From contig NIVC01000858.1 of NCBI GenBank assembly GCA_002269645.1, forward strand, positions 186,001 through 250,000: a stretch of DNA of 64,000 nucleotides. Direction: 5' to 3'. Shown one piece after another: positions 27,704-41,650 of the stretch. Position 1 is the stretch's first letter. Each line of letters begins with the position of its first letter. Both the position numbers and the translations under genes were made by a program. Under the pieces are notes generated by a model, which was not told where the DNA came from, did not search any database, and saw only the letters and a program-made list of their open reading frames with translations. This DNA is from Macrostomum lignano. Taxonomy: Eukaryota.

Positions 27704-28760
27704 TTAAAACACTCTCAGGAGAGCACTGGCCCCAGAATAACCCAACTGTTTATTTAAAGTTGGTTGCCAGTTTTTAATGTACATAGCTTCAATAATCTTA
27801 CGGCGATGATCGATATTGCAACTATGTATGATAGTAAACCTATCTTTTTGTTCACTGTTGGCGCATTTACTACAGGCCATAAGATGGTCTTGCACTGCTG
27901 ATGGCTTTAACCAGTGTTCTCTGCCCCTAACATACAAGTGCTGTTTCGATTTACCTAGGTAGGTAACTCTCTGATCAACAGAGCACTGGAATTGGTAAAT
28001 GACACCTGCACATAGTTGCAAAGGCACACGGCTTTTAAGCTTAGAGACATACTGGCCAACTTTATCGCAATAAAAGGTGATTCTCAGATTATCATTAGAA
28101 AACTGCTTAAAGCACCGGAGGAGCGCTTTCTTAAAACTGATCAAAGCCTCGCCATAGTAAGGGATAGAAAGGTGCCTATATTTGGTCTAAGACTGATCTT
28201 GCTGTTGTTCATTCACATTGGATTTTTGCAATTGTGATTTTTGGTTGAGAAACTTTTTAAGATAGTAGCTAAGCAGAGATTCTGGGTAATCATTCATATG
28301 GAAATATTTCAAAAGCCCGGTGGAGCATGCAGCGAACCAGGCTGATTTTCCACTGCTTTGGGCAGATCAAATTAAAGTTAAGCAAAAAGCCAGTGAAGGT
28401 TGGTTTTCTATAAACTTTGGTCGAAAGCTGCTGACCTTCAATGTTAATGTCAATGTCAAGGAACGGTATGGTTTTTTTGCCTCCCTCAACAGTGATTTTG
28501 ATATTAGAATGCATATTATTTAACAAATCAAAGAACTTGGTGTGGTCTGCTTTTTTGTCAAAGATCAAAAGCGTGTCATTGACATATCTCTAATAGAATT
28601 TAGGAGTGCAGTCGCTTCTTAGCCATTCTTTCTCCCAATTGGAAAGGCAAATGTTGGCAAGCGTTGGGGCAAAGGGGCTTTCCATGGCGCATCCGTTGAT
28701 TTGGCAGTAATACTTTTCTTGAAAAAGGAAAATTCCACTAGTGGCCATGACCATGAGTTT
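27704..28760 (-). mobile_element. Decayed Penelope-like retroelement (RT C-terminal half plus GIY-YIG endonuclease)
   Basis: AMESPFAPTLANI (GxxMGSP-type motif), Y*RYVNDTLLIF (YxDD changed to YVND, with a stop), FLDI..LSTKVYRKPTFTG, and GVIYQFQC..TYLGKSKQHLYVRGREH..IEAMYIK..PTLNKQ. Confidence 0.9.
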
Positions 28761-30724
28761 ATGGAACTGATCTTTGCTATATGATAGTCTAGAGCCTTCT
28801 TTTGAGTATACCTAATAAAGTATAATAAAACATTAGCAAACTTCAATTTTTATTAATGTTAAAAAGTTTAGCAGTAGGCCTAGGCCTAATATTATCATAG
28901 TAGTGATTAAGTTAAATAGCTTATATTGTTAGGCCTACTCTGTAAAAAGATGAAATATAATCTTACAAAAACAATCAAGTGTTTATTTTATTTTGTACTT
29001 TAATTTGCAGTTTTTTAAGCACTAGTTTATCTTCCTGTTTCAAAATATTTTGTTTCCTAGACTTTTTGTTAAAACTACAGCTATGGCTATAGGAACTATG
29101 GAAATATAGTAATATTGGAGTCCCTATGGCTATAGAATATGGAGAATTGGAATAAGCCATAGTTTTGCTTAGGGCTATGGCTAAGGCGCATGGACCTCCT
29201 TACGGCGAAACACTAGTAGGCCCTGCCCTGATTGATAGAAATTTATGTCAATGATTTTTATTTATTAAATTATTGTGACTTACTTGTGGCTGCATTAATT
29301 GGCGGTGGACGAAGTGACCAAGCGGTATGTGGTAGGTGTAGGCCAATTTATTTGATAGGTTGACGGTTTGACCAAGTGACGTGTGACTGGGTGGTCACAA
29401 AGAAATAGGACTGTAGTTTAGGCCTAGCCTACATAAAATAGTGGCCTAATAAAAGCACTAAAGCATTTTGATTGGAACAAAGTAGGTATTGGATCTTTTT
29501 CAAGTTGACTTGCCATTCCAGTTTGCACAAAATAGCCTCGAGGCCTATAGTTAAGCTCCTTTCGCCTTGGGCTTTTCAGAATGCATTTATACGAGCTCGT
29601 TATTCTCTGGTTCCAACTTCTAAGACATCTTTCCAAAACACAGATAAAATAAGCGGCATGAAAAGTATTAAACAATTTGCGATAACAAGCTTAAACAAAT
29701 AATAAACTTTTTTACAATTAAAAAATGTAAAATACACAAAATAACGTTGATTTAAAAGAAATTTCTAAAAATAAATGTTATGCCACTATTTAAAATAACA
29801 TATATGTTGTGTACGGTAAACTTTTTGATTTCAACTATGTAGGACTCATCATGGGCCCCGCACTATTCGATATTATATATGCGCAAACTACAAAGTTAAT
29901 AAAAAATCACAGATTCAAGAGTGTAATGTTGTTTGTACTTATAAATATAAGTTTTAATAAACGGTAGTACTTCTATTCTATAGCAGTTTTATAATCTAAA
30001 TTGCATTGGTCAGAGAAGTGTTGAAGAATGAAGATCAAAGGCTGATTCACATTGTTTGTTATCAATCAAATACACAACTACATTCAAAGAAATAAAAGTT
30101 GCTAGCGATAGTACGAAATTTGGCCCTATCCTATGACCTATAGTGTATGATGGCAGAATTTATTTATGTGTTGCGATATTTTTATCATTTTAGGCTATAT
30201 ATGAGAATAGTCAATAGGTAGGTAATCTTTTAAACATTCTCAAAGTCCAAGATAGGTCTATTGTTTTTGAAAAAAATTTTTGCACACTAAGCTGCTAAGC
30301 AGTTGTGCCACAATTGTTTGCAGTGGGGCCTGGGTGCTGTTAATGTTAGTAGTTTTTTTAAATGTAATGCCACCATTGACCATTATTCATTTTTTATTAT
30401 TCATAATAATAGAACAATTGAAAATAAAATAATAATACAATAGCAGCAGTTTAACCTTACCTAGGCTTATCAACGCATATCACTCATTATATTAATAGGT
30501 CTTATTTATTGTAAAAGAATGACTTACTTGATTTAGCTTTTTACAGATTACTTAAATTTTTAACTTATTTGACTCACTTAGATTGCATACTAGCAATCTT
30601 CGCCCCCCGATGGGGGACATCTGGATAGAACTTCTGTTCTCTACAAGTAACAAAAAGACAGCCAAATAGAGTCTTTACAAAGACAACAGAAAAACTGCTC
30701 AAATGAAGCACAATGCAAAAAGAA

Positions 30725-30885
30725 AGCATCCCAAGACAGCAAGCATCCCCCTCCCCCCCCCCCCCCAGATAGCAAGCACCCCCAGATAGCAAGCACCCCC
30801 AGATAGCAAGCATCCCTCAGATTGCAAGCACCCCAGATAGAAAGAACCCCCAGATAGCAAGCATCCAATTGATTGCAAGTATCTA
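30725..30885. repeat. Short ~17-bp repeat (CCCCCAGATAGCAAGCA) with a poly-C run
   Basis: Direct reading. Confidence 0.8.
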
Positions 30886-30999
30886 TCCTTAAATAGAAAG
30901 CATCCACTAGACAAAAAGTATATAGTGCAACATTTCCTTAGCTTTCTAGGGGCTGCTTTATGATTGGCATGAGGCTTCTTATTACATTTGAAAATGTCT

Positions 31000-33900
31000 C
31001 TCCTGTGTTTGAAATGGTGGCTATTTTATTTTTGAATTCATGGCTTTTTAATGTTTGGCATGGTGACTCTTTAATGTTCTACAAGGTGGCTCTTTAATGT
31101 TTGACATCGTGCCAGTTTTATGTTTGTCATGGTGGCTCCTTAATGTTAGAAACGGTGGCTCTTTAATGTTTGACATGGAGTCACATATATGTTTCACATG
31201 GTGGCTCTTCTATGTCTAACTTGGTAGCTCTTCTATGTTGGACATCGTGGCTCTTTACTGTTTGACATGGTGGCTCTTTAATGTTCAACATGGTGGCTTT
31301 TTAATGTTCGACATGGTGGCTCTTTAATGTTTGACATGGAGTCACGTATGTGTTAGACATGGAGTCATGTATATATTTGGCATGGAGTCACATATATGCT
31401 TTATATGGTGGCTCTAATGTTTGACATGTTGGCTCTTTAATGTGTGACATGGTGGCTCTTTAATGTTTGACATGGTGGCTTTTTAATGTTTGACATAGTG
31501 GCTCTTTAATGTTTGACATGGTGGCTCTTTTATGTTTGACATGATGGCTCTTTAATGTTCGACATAGTGGCTGTTTAATTTTTGTTATGGAGTCATATGT
31601 ATATGTTTTACATGGTGGCTCTTTTGTGTGTGACATGGAGTCACGTATATATTTGACATGGAGTCACATATATGTTTGACATGGTGGCTCTTTAGTGTTC
31701 GATATGGTGGCTCTTTAATGTTTGACATGGTGGCTATTTAATGTTTGACATGGTGGCTCTTTTATGTTTGACATAGTGGCTCTTTAATATTTGACACTGT
31801 GGCTCTTTAATGTTCTACATGGTGGCTCTTTAATGCTCTACATTGTGGCTCTTTAATGCTCTACATTGTGGCTCTTTAATCTTCGACATGGTGGCTCTTT
31901 TATGTTTGACATTGTGGCTCTTTAATGTTCTAAATATTGTGGCTCTTTAATGTTCTAAATATTGTGGATCTTTAATGTTCGACATGGTGGCTCTTTAATG
32001 TTCTACATTGTGGCTCCTTATTGTTTGACATGATGGCTCTTTAATGTTTGACATGGTGGCTCTTTAATGTTCTACATGGAGGTTCTTTAATGTTCTACAT
32101 TGTGCTCTTTAATATTTGACGTTGTGGCTCTTTAATGTTTTACATTGTGGCTCTTTAATATTTGACATGGTGACTCTTTAATGTTTGACATGGTGGCTCT
32201 TTAATGTTTGACATGGTGGCTCTTTAATGTTCGACATGGTGGCTCTTTATTGTTCAAAATTGTGGCTCTTTAATGTTCTACATGGTGGCTCTTTAATGTT
32301 CTACATGGTGGCTCTTTAATGCTCTACATTGTGGCTCTTTAATGCTCTACATGGTGGCTTTTTAATGTTCTACATGGTGGCTCTTTAATGTTCGACATGG
32401 TGGCTCTTTATTGTTTGAAATGATCGCTCTTTAATGTTTGACATTGTGGCTCTTTAATGTTCTACATTGTGACTCTTTATTGTTTGACATGATGGCTTTT
32501 TAATGTTTGACATCATAGCTCTTTAATGTTCTACATTGCGGCTCTTTAATGTTCTACATTGTGGCTCTTTAACGTTAGACAGGGTGGCTCTTTAATGTTC
32601 TACATGGAGGCTCTTTAATGTTTGACATGGAGTCATGTATGTGTTAGACATGGAGTCACGTATATGCTTTAAATGGTGACTCTTTAATGTTCAACATGGT
32701 GGCTCTTTAATGTTTTACATGGAGTCACGTATATGTTTGACATCTAGTCACGTATATGTTTCACATGGTGGCTCTTTAATGTTTGACATAGTGGCTCTCT
32801 TATGCTTGAAATGGTGGCTCTTTAATGTTCAACATGGTGGCTCTTTTATGTTTGACATGGTGGCTCTTGAATGTTCGACATGGAGTCATGTATATGTCTT
32901 CCATGGTGGCTCTTGAATGTTTGACATGGTGGCTCTTTAATGTTCAACATGGTGTCTCTTGAATGTTTGACATGGAGTCATGTATATGTTTGACATGGTG
33001 CCTGTTGAATGTTTGACATGGTGGCTCTTTAATGTTCAACATGGTGGCTCTTGAATGTTTGACATGGAGTAATGTATATGTTTGACATGGTGGTTCTTTA
33101 ATGTTCGACATGGTGGCTCTTTAATGTTCGACATGGTGGCTCTTTAATGTTTGACATGGAGTCACGTATGTGTTAGACATGGAGTCATGTATATATTTGG
33201 CATGGAGTCACATATATGCTTTACATGGTGGCTCTAATGTTTGACATGTTGGCTCTTTAATGTTTGACATGGTGGCTCTTTTATGTTTGACATGATGGCT
33301 CTTTAATGTTTGACATGGTGGCTGTTTAATGTTTGTTATGGAGTCATATGTATATGTTTTACATGGTGGCTCTTTTGTGTGTGACATGGAGTCACGTATA
33401 TATTTGACATGGAGTCACATATATGTTTGACATGGTGGCTCTTTAGTGTTCGATATGGTGGCGCTTTAATGTTTGACATGGTGGCTATTTAATGTTTGAC
33501 ATGGTGGCTCTTTTATGTTTGACATAGTGGCTCTTTAATATTTGACACTGTGGCTCTTTAATGTTCTACATGGTGGCTCTTTAATGCTCTACATTGTGGC
33601 TCTTTAATGCTCTACATTGTGGCTCTTTAATCTTCGACATGGTGGCTCTTTTATGTTTGACATTGTGGCTCTTTAATGTTCTAAATATTGTGGCTCTTTA
33701 ATGTTCGACATGGTGGCTCTTTTATGTTTGACATAGTGGCTCTTTAATATTTGACACTGTGGCTCTTTAATGTTCTACATGGTGGCTCTTTAATGCTCTA
33801 CATTGTGGCTCTTTAATGCTCTACATTGTGGCTCTTTAATCTTCGACATGGTGGCTCTTTTATGTTTGACATTGTGGCTCTTTAATGTTCTAAATATTGT

Positions 33901-34850
33901 GGCTCTTTAATGTTCTAAATATTGTGGCTCTTTAATGTTCGACATGGTGGCTCTTTAATGTTCGACATGGTGGCTCTTTAATGTTCTACATTGTGGCTCC
34001 TTATTGTTTGACATGATGGCTTTTTGATGTTTGACATCATGCCTCTTTAATGTTCAACATTGTGGCTCTTTAATGTTCTACATTGTGGCTCTTAAATGTT
34101 CGACATTGTGGCTCTTTAACGTTCGACAGGGTGGCTCTTTAATGTTTGACATGGAGTCACGTATGTGTTAGACATGGAGTCATGTATATATTTGGCATGG
34201 AGTCACATATATGCTTTACATGGTGGCTCTTTAATGTTTGACATGTTGGCTCTTTAATGTGTGACATGGTGGCTCTTTAATGTTTGACATGGAGTCATGT
34301 ATGTGTTTGGCATGGAGTCATGTATATATTTGGCATGGAGTCACGTATATGTTTGACATGGTGGCTCTTTAATGTTTGACATAGTGGCTCTTTAATGTTC
34401 AACATGGTGGCTCTCTTATGTTTGACATGATGGCTCTTTAATGTTCGACATGGTGGCTGTTTAATGTTTGTTATGGAGTCATATGTATATGTTTTACATG
34501 GTGGCTCTTTTATGTGTGACATGGAGTCACGTATATATTTGGCATGGAGTCACGTAAATGCTTTACATGGTGGCTCCTTATGTTCGACAAAGAGTCATAA
34601 GTATATGTTTTACATGGTGGCTCTTTAATGTTAGACATGGTGGCTTTTTAGTTTTTGACATGGTGGCTCTTTAATGTTTGACATGGTGGCTCTTATATGC
34701 TTGACATGGTGGCTCTTTTATGCTTGACATGGTGGCTCTTTAATGTTCGACATGGTGACTCTTTAATGTTCGACATGGTGGCTCTTTAATGTTCAATATG
34801 GTGGCTCTTCTATGTTTGACATTGTGCTTCTTTTATGTTTAGCAGTTTTG
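31000..34850. repeat. Diverged AT-rich 23-bp satellite (GGTGGCTCTTTAATGTTTGACAT) interspersed with GGAGTCACGTATATGTTTGACAT-type units, with internal block duplications
   Basis: Direct reading. Far more heterogeneous than the intronic arrays. Confidence 0.93.
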
Positions 34851-34881
34851 TTTTTAATGTGTTTTAATAAAAAAATCTTTT

Positions 34882-34946
34882 TGCACTACTAAGATTCGAA
34901 CCCAGGTCACTACTTTAGCATCCCAGTCTGTTCGCATCTGGGCTAT
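34882..34946 (-). pseudogene. tRNA-derived sequence (tRNA pseudogene or SINE head)
   Basis: The minus strand reads TAGCCCAGATG (A-box-like) ... CTGGGTTCGAATC (B-box). I could not fold a clean cloverleaf or assign an anticodon. Confidence 0.45.
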
Positions 34947-35039
34947 CTCTTTTCATTTGGAGAACATGAATTGTGGCCCTTATAATTCAATTCTTACAGC
35001 AAGTCAATTGGAGTAGAAAGTTATGACATAATCAATTTC

Positions 35040-35810
35040 TCAGTCAGCCAGTATCAGTCTCAATTTAAGTTAGCAATATGGTTACACAATTTTAATCAAG
35101 TCGGGTGTGCATTTCTTCGACACCGTTTTCAAATTGTTGTGATGCAATCTTTATCACAATCGGAATTCAGCCAGTCAGTTTTTTCTCTAGCATTCTTACA
35201 ATGCATTCCAGGTCGAAAGAGCTGCTTGACCTTTGCAAAAAAGCATGTTTTTCGAATATTTAATTCCTTTAAAATTGAGCAATTTCTTAGCCAAGATGCA
35301 TGTACCGTCCCAGGAAAATTTCTGATCAAATGGTGCAAGTTTGAAGAAAATCGGTTGAGCCAATTTTTCTGAAATCTATCGCATACCCATATACAGACAT
35401 TTCATTTTTAGTATATAGGACTAGCAGGGGTAGGCTGTCTGCCAGCATCCAGAATTTTTATTATACCCCCCGGGTAGGCTTGCGCAAGTTAAATAGAGTA
35501 ATTATCTTGGCAGTGGGGCGGGGTGAGTTTTCTTATCAGTTGGCTCTGGCGCAATCATTAAAATTGGCAGTGAAGTTTCTCGCTGATAGAATTTTGCATT
35601 GAAAAAGCCCATTTAAAACAGTTTTTCGAATATTTAATCCCCTTAGCATTGAGCTAGAGCCTAATAAAATTACATGTACCGTCCCGGGCACATTTGACAT
35701 GTTTTGGCGAAGAAACGGAGAAAATCGGTTGAGCCGTTCGGGAGATAATCGATTGCATACAAGCAAGCAAGATTTTCATTTTTAGTATATTAGATTTCAT
35801 TTTTAGTATA
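35040..35810 (+). mobile_element. Two tandem related non-autonomous elements resembling Helitron/HINE-type insertions. Related ends occur near 37690 and 41310
   Basis: Shared CATGTACCGTCCC..GAAAATCGGTTGAGCC..CATTTTTAGTATAT(A/T)G(G/A)A ends, with the next copy starting CTAG. Associated (CACT)n and (GACT)n microsatellites. Class inferred from end structure only. Confidence 0.4.
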
Positions 35811-35856
35811 TTGGATATCTTAACTTTTGTCCCTACCTTATTAGTTATTATGGAGA

Positions 35857-36800
35857 GCTTGCATGTACAGTAGCTATCCACCTAGTTTTTAAATTGCATG
35901 CATGGTGCATGGCATCTATCCACATAGTGTTTAAATTACATACATTGTAGCTGTCCACCTAGTATTTTAATTATGTACATGGCAGCTATCCATATTGACC
36001 CAGTATTTTAATTGCATTCATGGCATCCTGCAGATTGGCAATATAGTGAATTGCAAATTGGACCCTTTCCTTCAAATCTGTATATTGTTACTCACTGAAC
36101 TTATTAAATAATTTATTACTTGTTTTATTGCATATACAATATAATCTCAATTCATAGCTATTTTTTGTTAATTTGAATAATAATTTTTAATAGGCCTAAT
36201 TCCAATAATATGACATACTGTATAATAAATTAAGATACAACTGCCGTGTATATATGGGTTCTTTGACAGATATTCTCCCAACAGATTTTTTTCTTTGAAC
36301 AGATAATTCAAACAAAAAATGAATTCATGTTTTGGGATATATTCCTTACTCTGATGCCATATTCAGCTTTAAAAATTTGTAAGCAGAAATTTTCTGACCC
36401 AAAAAAATAACATTGGCACAAATGCAAAGTGTGTCAAAAGATGAATTCATTTGGCACGCCTTAGAAACACATTTTGGAAGCAAATATCTTGGGAAATATA
36501 AAAGGCAATAATGCATCTAAGATACAATTGCAAAGCTAAGACATGTATCAAGAATTGATAAAAGTTTTTGAGCAAATGATTGAAGCATAGAGATGTAGCA
36601 ATAAATCAAAGTTTTGATTGATCTTGGTTGAAGATCGTAGATCAACAAAAAGTTTGATTTATCACTGTGTCTCTATGCTTCAAATGAATTCATTTTTTGT
36701 TTGAATTATCTGTTTGAAGGAAAAAATATCTATTGGGAACCCACACATCTGCCATACATGCAATTTAAACATTGGGTAGATAGCTGCCATGCATGCAAGC
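35857..36800. mobile_element. Foldback / palindromic MITE-like element with insertions in the left arm
   Basis: Inverted pairs: 35857-35905 with 36752-36800, 36270-36328 with 36684-36745, and TTGAAGCATAGAGA (36580) with TCTCTATGCTTCAA (36670-36683). Confidence 0.6.
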
Positions 36801-37811
36801 TGTTTGTAGTTATTACTCCAATTATACAATACAATATATATATGGCAATGCTATATCACAACAGTATCTATTTCTTTAGCTTTTGACCCTAGGCCTAGCT
36901 AAAGCCTAGGGACTTAGGTCCCTTGAACCAAGATACAATTTTTGTATAAAATCCAAGATATTTGTGTATATATATATATATATATATTTGCAAACTTATA
37001 TATACATAATTAAATTAAATATTAATCAAAGATTTGATATTTGAATATATTGCATTTTGCATTTTTTATATAAAAGAAATTTATATATTTGTTCTAAGGT
37101 GTTTCCCTTTAAAAGTGAACTAAATAGAAAGTTTAAAATCAATATTTAATGTCTAAATATGGTAAATCTTTTCTTCCTAAATTTGCTATGTTTTAGTCAA
37201 TATAGACCAAACAAACAAAACTTCATAAAATTAAATATATAATTATTGCAAAGTGAACAAAGTAATTATAAGGGATTAAATATCACTGTATAGTTTAGAG
37301 TAAAATGGGCTAGGGGCTAATAAGCAAATAAAGGGCAATCAGAGTCCAAGTAGAGAGTGCAATCTATAGCTAGAACTATATTATATAGTTATTATATAGT
37401 TCTAAAGCTAAATATAGAGCTAATGCCAGATTAGTACCAGTGTTAGAATAGAACTAGAGACCTACATAATACTATGTTAAGATTAAAGAAAGAATTTAAA
37501 AATTACTTGTAGGTATTCAGGAAAACTTTCAATATAACAAGCTATAAAAGGTTGTTTATAAAATTTAAATGCAAATAGGTTATATTTTTTAGGATAAAAA
37601 CCCGTGAAAACACATTGTGTGCAAGTTTTAGTTCTAAGCCATTTTTGCTAAAATCAATTGCATACCTACCAATAGACCATTTTTAGTATATGGACTAGTC
37701 ATTGAGACCTGCTACGCGAGTCCTATTAGAAAAAGAAGTATTTTAGCCCAAAAAAATTTATGAATAAAACAATTCAACCAAAATATCACTTACTTAGTCA
37801 TTAACTAACTG

Positions 37812-38466
37812 ATTCACTCACTCACTCAATCACTCACTCACTGTGCTCACTCACTCATTCACTCACTGTGCTCACTCATTCACTCAGTCACTGTGCTCAT
37901 TCACTCACTCATTCACTGTGCTCACTCACTCACTCACTGTGCTCACTTACTCACTCACTATGCTCCCTCATTCACTCACTCACTATACTCACTTACTCAC
38001 TGTGCTCACTTACTCACTGTGCTCACTTACTCACTCAGCCACTCACTTATTCATTGTGCTCATTCACTCACTCACTCACTCACTGTGCTCACTCACTCAC
38101 TCACTCACTGTGCTCACTCACTCACTCACTCACTGTGCTCACCCATTCACTCACTCACTGTGCTCACTCACTCACTCACTGTGCTCACTTACTCACTCAG
38201 CCACTCACTAACTGCACTCACTCACTCACTCACTGTGCTCACTCACTCACTCACTGTGCTCACTTACTCACTCAGCCACTCACTAACTGCACTCACTCAC
38301 TCACTCACTATGCTCACTTACTCACTTAGCCACTCACTTACTCATTGTGCTCACTTACTCACTTAGCCACTCACTTACTCACTATGCTCATTCACTCACT
38401 CACTCACTCATTTACTCTCTTAATCACTCACTCACTGTGCTCACTCACTCACTCACTGTGCTCACT
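37812..38466. repeat. (CACT)n-derived compound microsatellite
   Basis: Direct reading. Source of the LTH-rich ORFs. Confidence 0.93.
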
Positions 38467-41400
38467 CTTGCTAGAGGTGTCACTTTTGACTATTGCTGAG
38501 AATATAGTTACTAAAATGATTTTTTAAAAATCTAGCACAAGCAGCCTTTCTTCCAATAGACTTTTTGTAAATCTATTCTATAGTCTGCAAGGTATATTTT
38601 AAGATGTTAGCTTGTGGAACAAAATTTAACTTAATCTCTTTCTTAGAAAAAACTTGAAATGTTTATGCACAAAAGAATTCTAGTCCATTCTCAATTTTTC
38701 TTCATTGTGCTTTATTCATTAGGCCTTGATACAATTTCTCCTTTTGCTGCGATGCTGCATTTCTCATTTGGAATTTTCGAAATTCCTCTTAGTAGCCTGA
38801 CAAAGCAAATGATGCTTTGCTTTGCCTGCAAGGATAAGTTTTTGGACTTTCATGAGCTAAGATTGCAAAGACTACCTGTGTTCACTTCCTATAGTACCCA
38901 TATACACAGTTTGCTTATATATTTTTAAAAAATAACTCAATATATTCATGAAGTTATATTTCAGATATATATTTATATAGCTCAATCAAATCAGTGGTCA
39001 GCACAGGCATAAGAAAACTATAAGTATATAAACTTTAGGAGCAAATTTCAATCATACAATTATCAATTTGTTGTTTACAATTGTATATGCATTGATTCAT
39101 CAATCAAACCACTAATGAGCTGATTGGCCAAAGCCTACTAACTGGCTATCTGACCATTGATAAGAGGGCACAAAAATCTGTCATATATGTTTGAATCTCT
39201 TACTGCTAGCTGGCAATAATAAAAGGCCACTCAAGGGTTCTCTCCACAAGTGGTTTAAGAGTGTACATTTTAATGCATCTAAGCTAGCAATAAATAATTC
39301 AGCTAGCCAGGGTAAACGGGACACAAATACACATGATATGCAAATTAAGCACTGGGCAATAATCATTTCAGCTAGGCTTAGAGAGAAAGCTTGATGTAAC
39401 CATAACAAATGTTAATTCATTTGGCCTAAAGGAAAGGTCCACATGTACATTGATGCACATGGACTTTTTAGCCTATGCAAAAAAGAGGGTAAAAGAGTAA
39501 GTAAATTGAACTTGGGCACTACTGATGCAATTTAATGAAATGAACACTTTTAGCAAGCCAGAGCAGCCAAGCAGGTTTGACCTTGAATGAACTTTGCAAA
39601 AAATAGTTTCTGTCAATTTAACAGTCTAAAATAAACAGAATTAAACAAATTTTAAGCCATACCACTGGCAGAAAATTTCAAATAAAAAAATCTGGTTAGA
39701 AATGATCTAGGCATTCAGCTTAAAACATAAAACATTTGGACATAGGCAGAAACATACACAGATTTAGGTATAAGAAGAAGAAAAAGAAGAAGATTGCCAA
39801 ACAAAGATTCTATTTTAGTCTTTGCATTGAAAGTGAAAATGTTAATCTTAATTTTGGCCCCTAATCAGTATTATCATGAATATACAATGTGCTTATGACA
39901 TTGAAAATCTATTGCTTAAGTCCCCAACCATAAAAAAGCTTCTTTTATATAAAGACTTAAAACTTCAAACTGAACCAAAAAGCTATTTATCAAGACTAGG
40001 AACACAAAGTCTTGGTGTGTATTTTAGGAGCTGCTAAAGACATGAGTCATACCTTGGTTGTAGCAAATATATTATGATGATTGTTTTAGCAAGATGGCAC
40101 TCTAGCTTATACTACAAGGACAATATAGGTATTTTTGGTGGCCAAGTTTAGCCATTTCTAGGTTAAGGATATCTAGCCCCTTTTTTCACTGAATTTGAAC
40201 CCTTTAGACTTCTACTAGCACATTAAGCCCCCATGAGGGCATTCAAATTCAAAATTCAATCATTAAAAGCATAAAAATCTTTTTTTGAATATTTGACCCA
40301 TTTTTGTATCCATTTTTTTATTGTTAAAAATTGTATATATACTCAACAACATTGAAAAGTTGCCACTCTATGTGCCAATGAGCAATTTCTCTTGGACTAT
40401 TCTGAAATAAAAGATACAAGAAAACTGATTAGGTAGCTTTAATCCATTTAACAAAACCCACACACACTGAACCCCCATTTTATTCCTCAACTCAAGCCTG
40501 CTATTGCATAGCAAGTTGCGTCACTCACAAGAGAGACTTTACTTGCAACCACAGACAGAATATTTTGTGATGGCAACTTTTTTATATTGCTAAATATATA
40601 TAAGCACACTATGATAATAAGACCCTAATGGTGGGCATTCAAAAGAAAAATTCAAATATTAAAAGCATTAAAAACTTTGTTTTCAAATATTTGACTCACT
40701 AACAATTGGTATAGATATAAATAAATTTTATATACCAATTTGCCAAATGAATCTTAATCAATTAGGCACATAGTTACTACCTTCATCTGCAACTGTGCCA
40801 CCTAGTGTTGTATTCATAAAATAAGACAAACAAGATCAGAGCAGTTTAGGGGATTGGTAAATTTCAGGCTAATCCCCCCCTATGCACCCACTCTTTCATC
40901 AATTGTCTATCAGACTGGTTGGTAAACAATAATAAAATTCAACCAACCCCACAAATTGCCAGCCTGCTGCACAAAGGGTCATAAAACTCCTTCCCTTCAC
41001 TGTAAATGTGCATTTTACACTGTACATTGGCCAATAAGAGGCCTAAATGGTTGAACTGAGCAATTAAATTTAGAAACAGAGTGCCTATTGAAATCATTAA
41101 AAAATTGTTTTGCAAATATTTGACCCACTTCCCATTCAATTTTTTCATCAAAGAAAGTTATGCATGATCCCAAAAAATTAGAAATTTTTAAAAGCTTATT
41201 TGAAAAAAAATTGTTTAAATGGCTCTTGATAAATCAATGACAGATAGACTGACTGACTGACAGAAAAACAACACAAAATTAGACTTTTAAGACCATTTTT
41301 AGTATATAGGATTTCTTGACACATAAAGGAGGCCTATTGATTGCTTGTCCAAAAGTGCAGTGGATTTGTATTTTATGGGAAAAGTGCATGGGAAAATTGA

Positions 41401-41511
41401 AACAAAGGTTGTCAGAGCTATGCAGACTTTTTGGAAGCATCTTCAGAGAATTTTGGAAACTGGGGGAGGATTTATAGAATAACTTAGGATGAAATAAATA
41501 TGATGGACTAT

Positions 41512-41650
41512 TATAGAATATATAGAATTTATAGAATATAGTATATAGAATAGTATATAGAATAATAATATAGAATAGTATAGAATAGTAGTACGCTCGT
41601 ATATAGAATATAGAATATAATTTGTAGAAGATAAACTATTATAGAATATA
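41512..41650. repeat. Degenerate ATAGAAT low-complexity repeat
   Basis: Direct reading. Confidence 0.8.

Noticed and set aside
27704-29260. Hammerhead ribozyme next to the Penelope element
   Set aside because: No CUGANGA...GAAA core with flanking stems seen on either strand.
29424-29675. THAP domain (LEKDPIPTLF resembles the AVPTIF motif)
   Set aside because: No C2CH core (CxxHF) found in any nearby frame. At most a decayed relic.
39180-39620. Decayed LINE reverse transcriptase
   Set aside because: Only vague resemblance, many stops and no YxDD.
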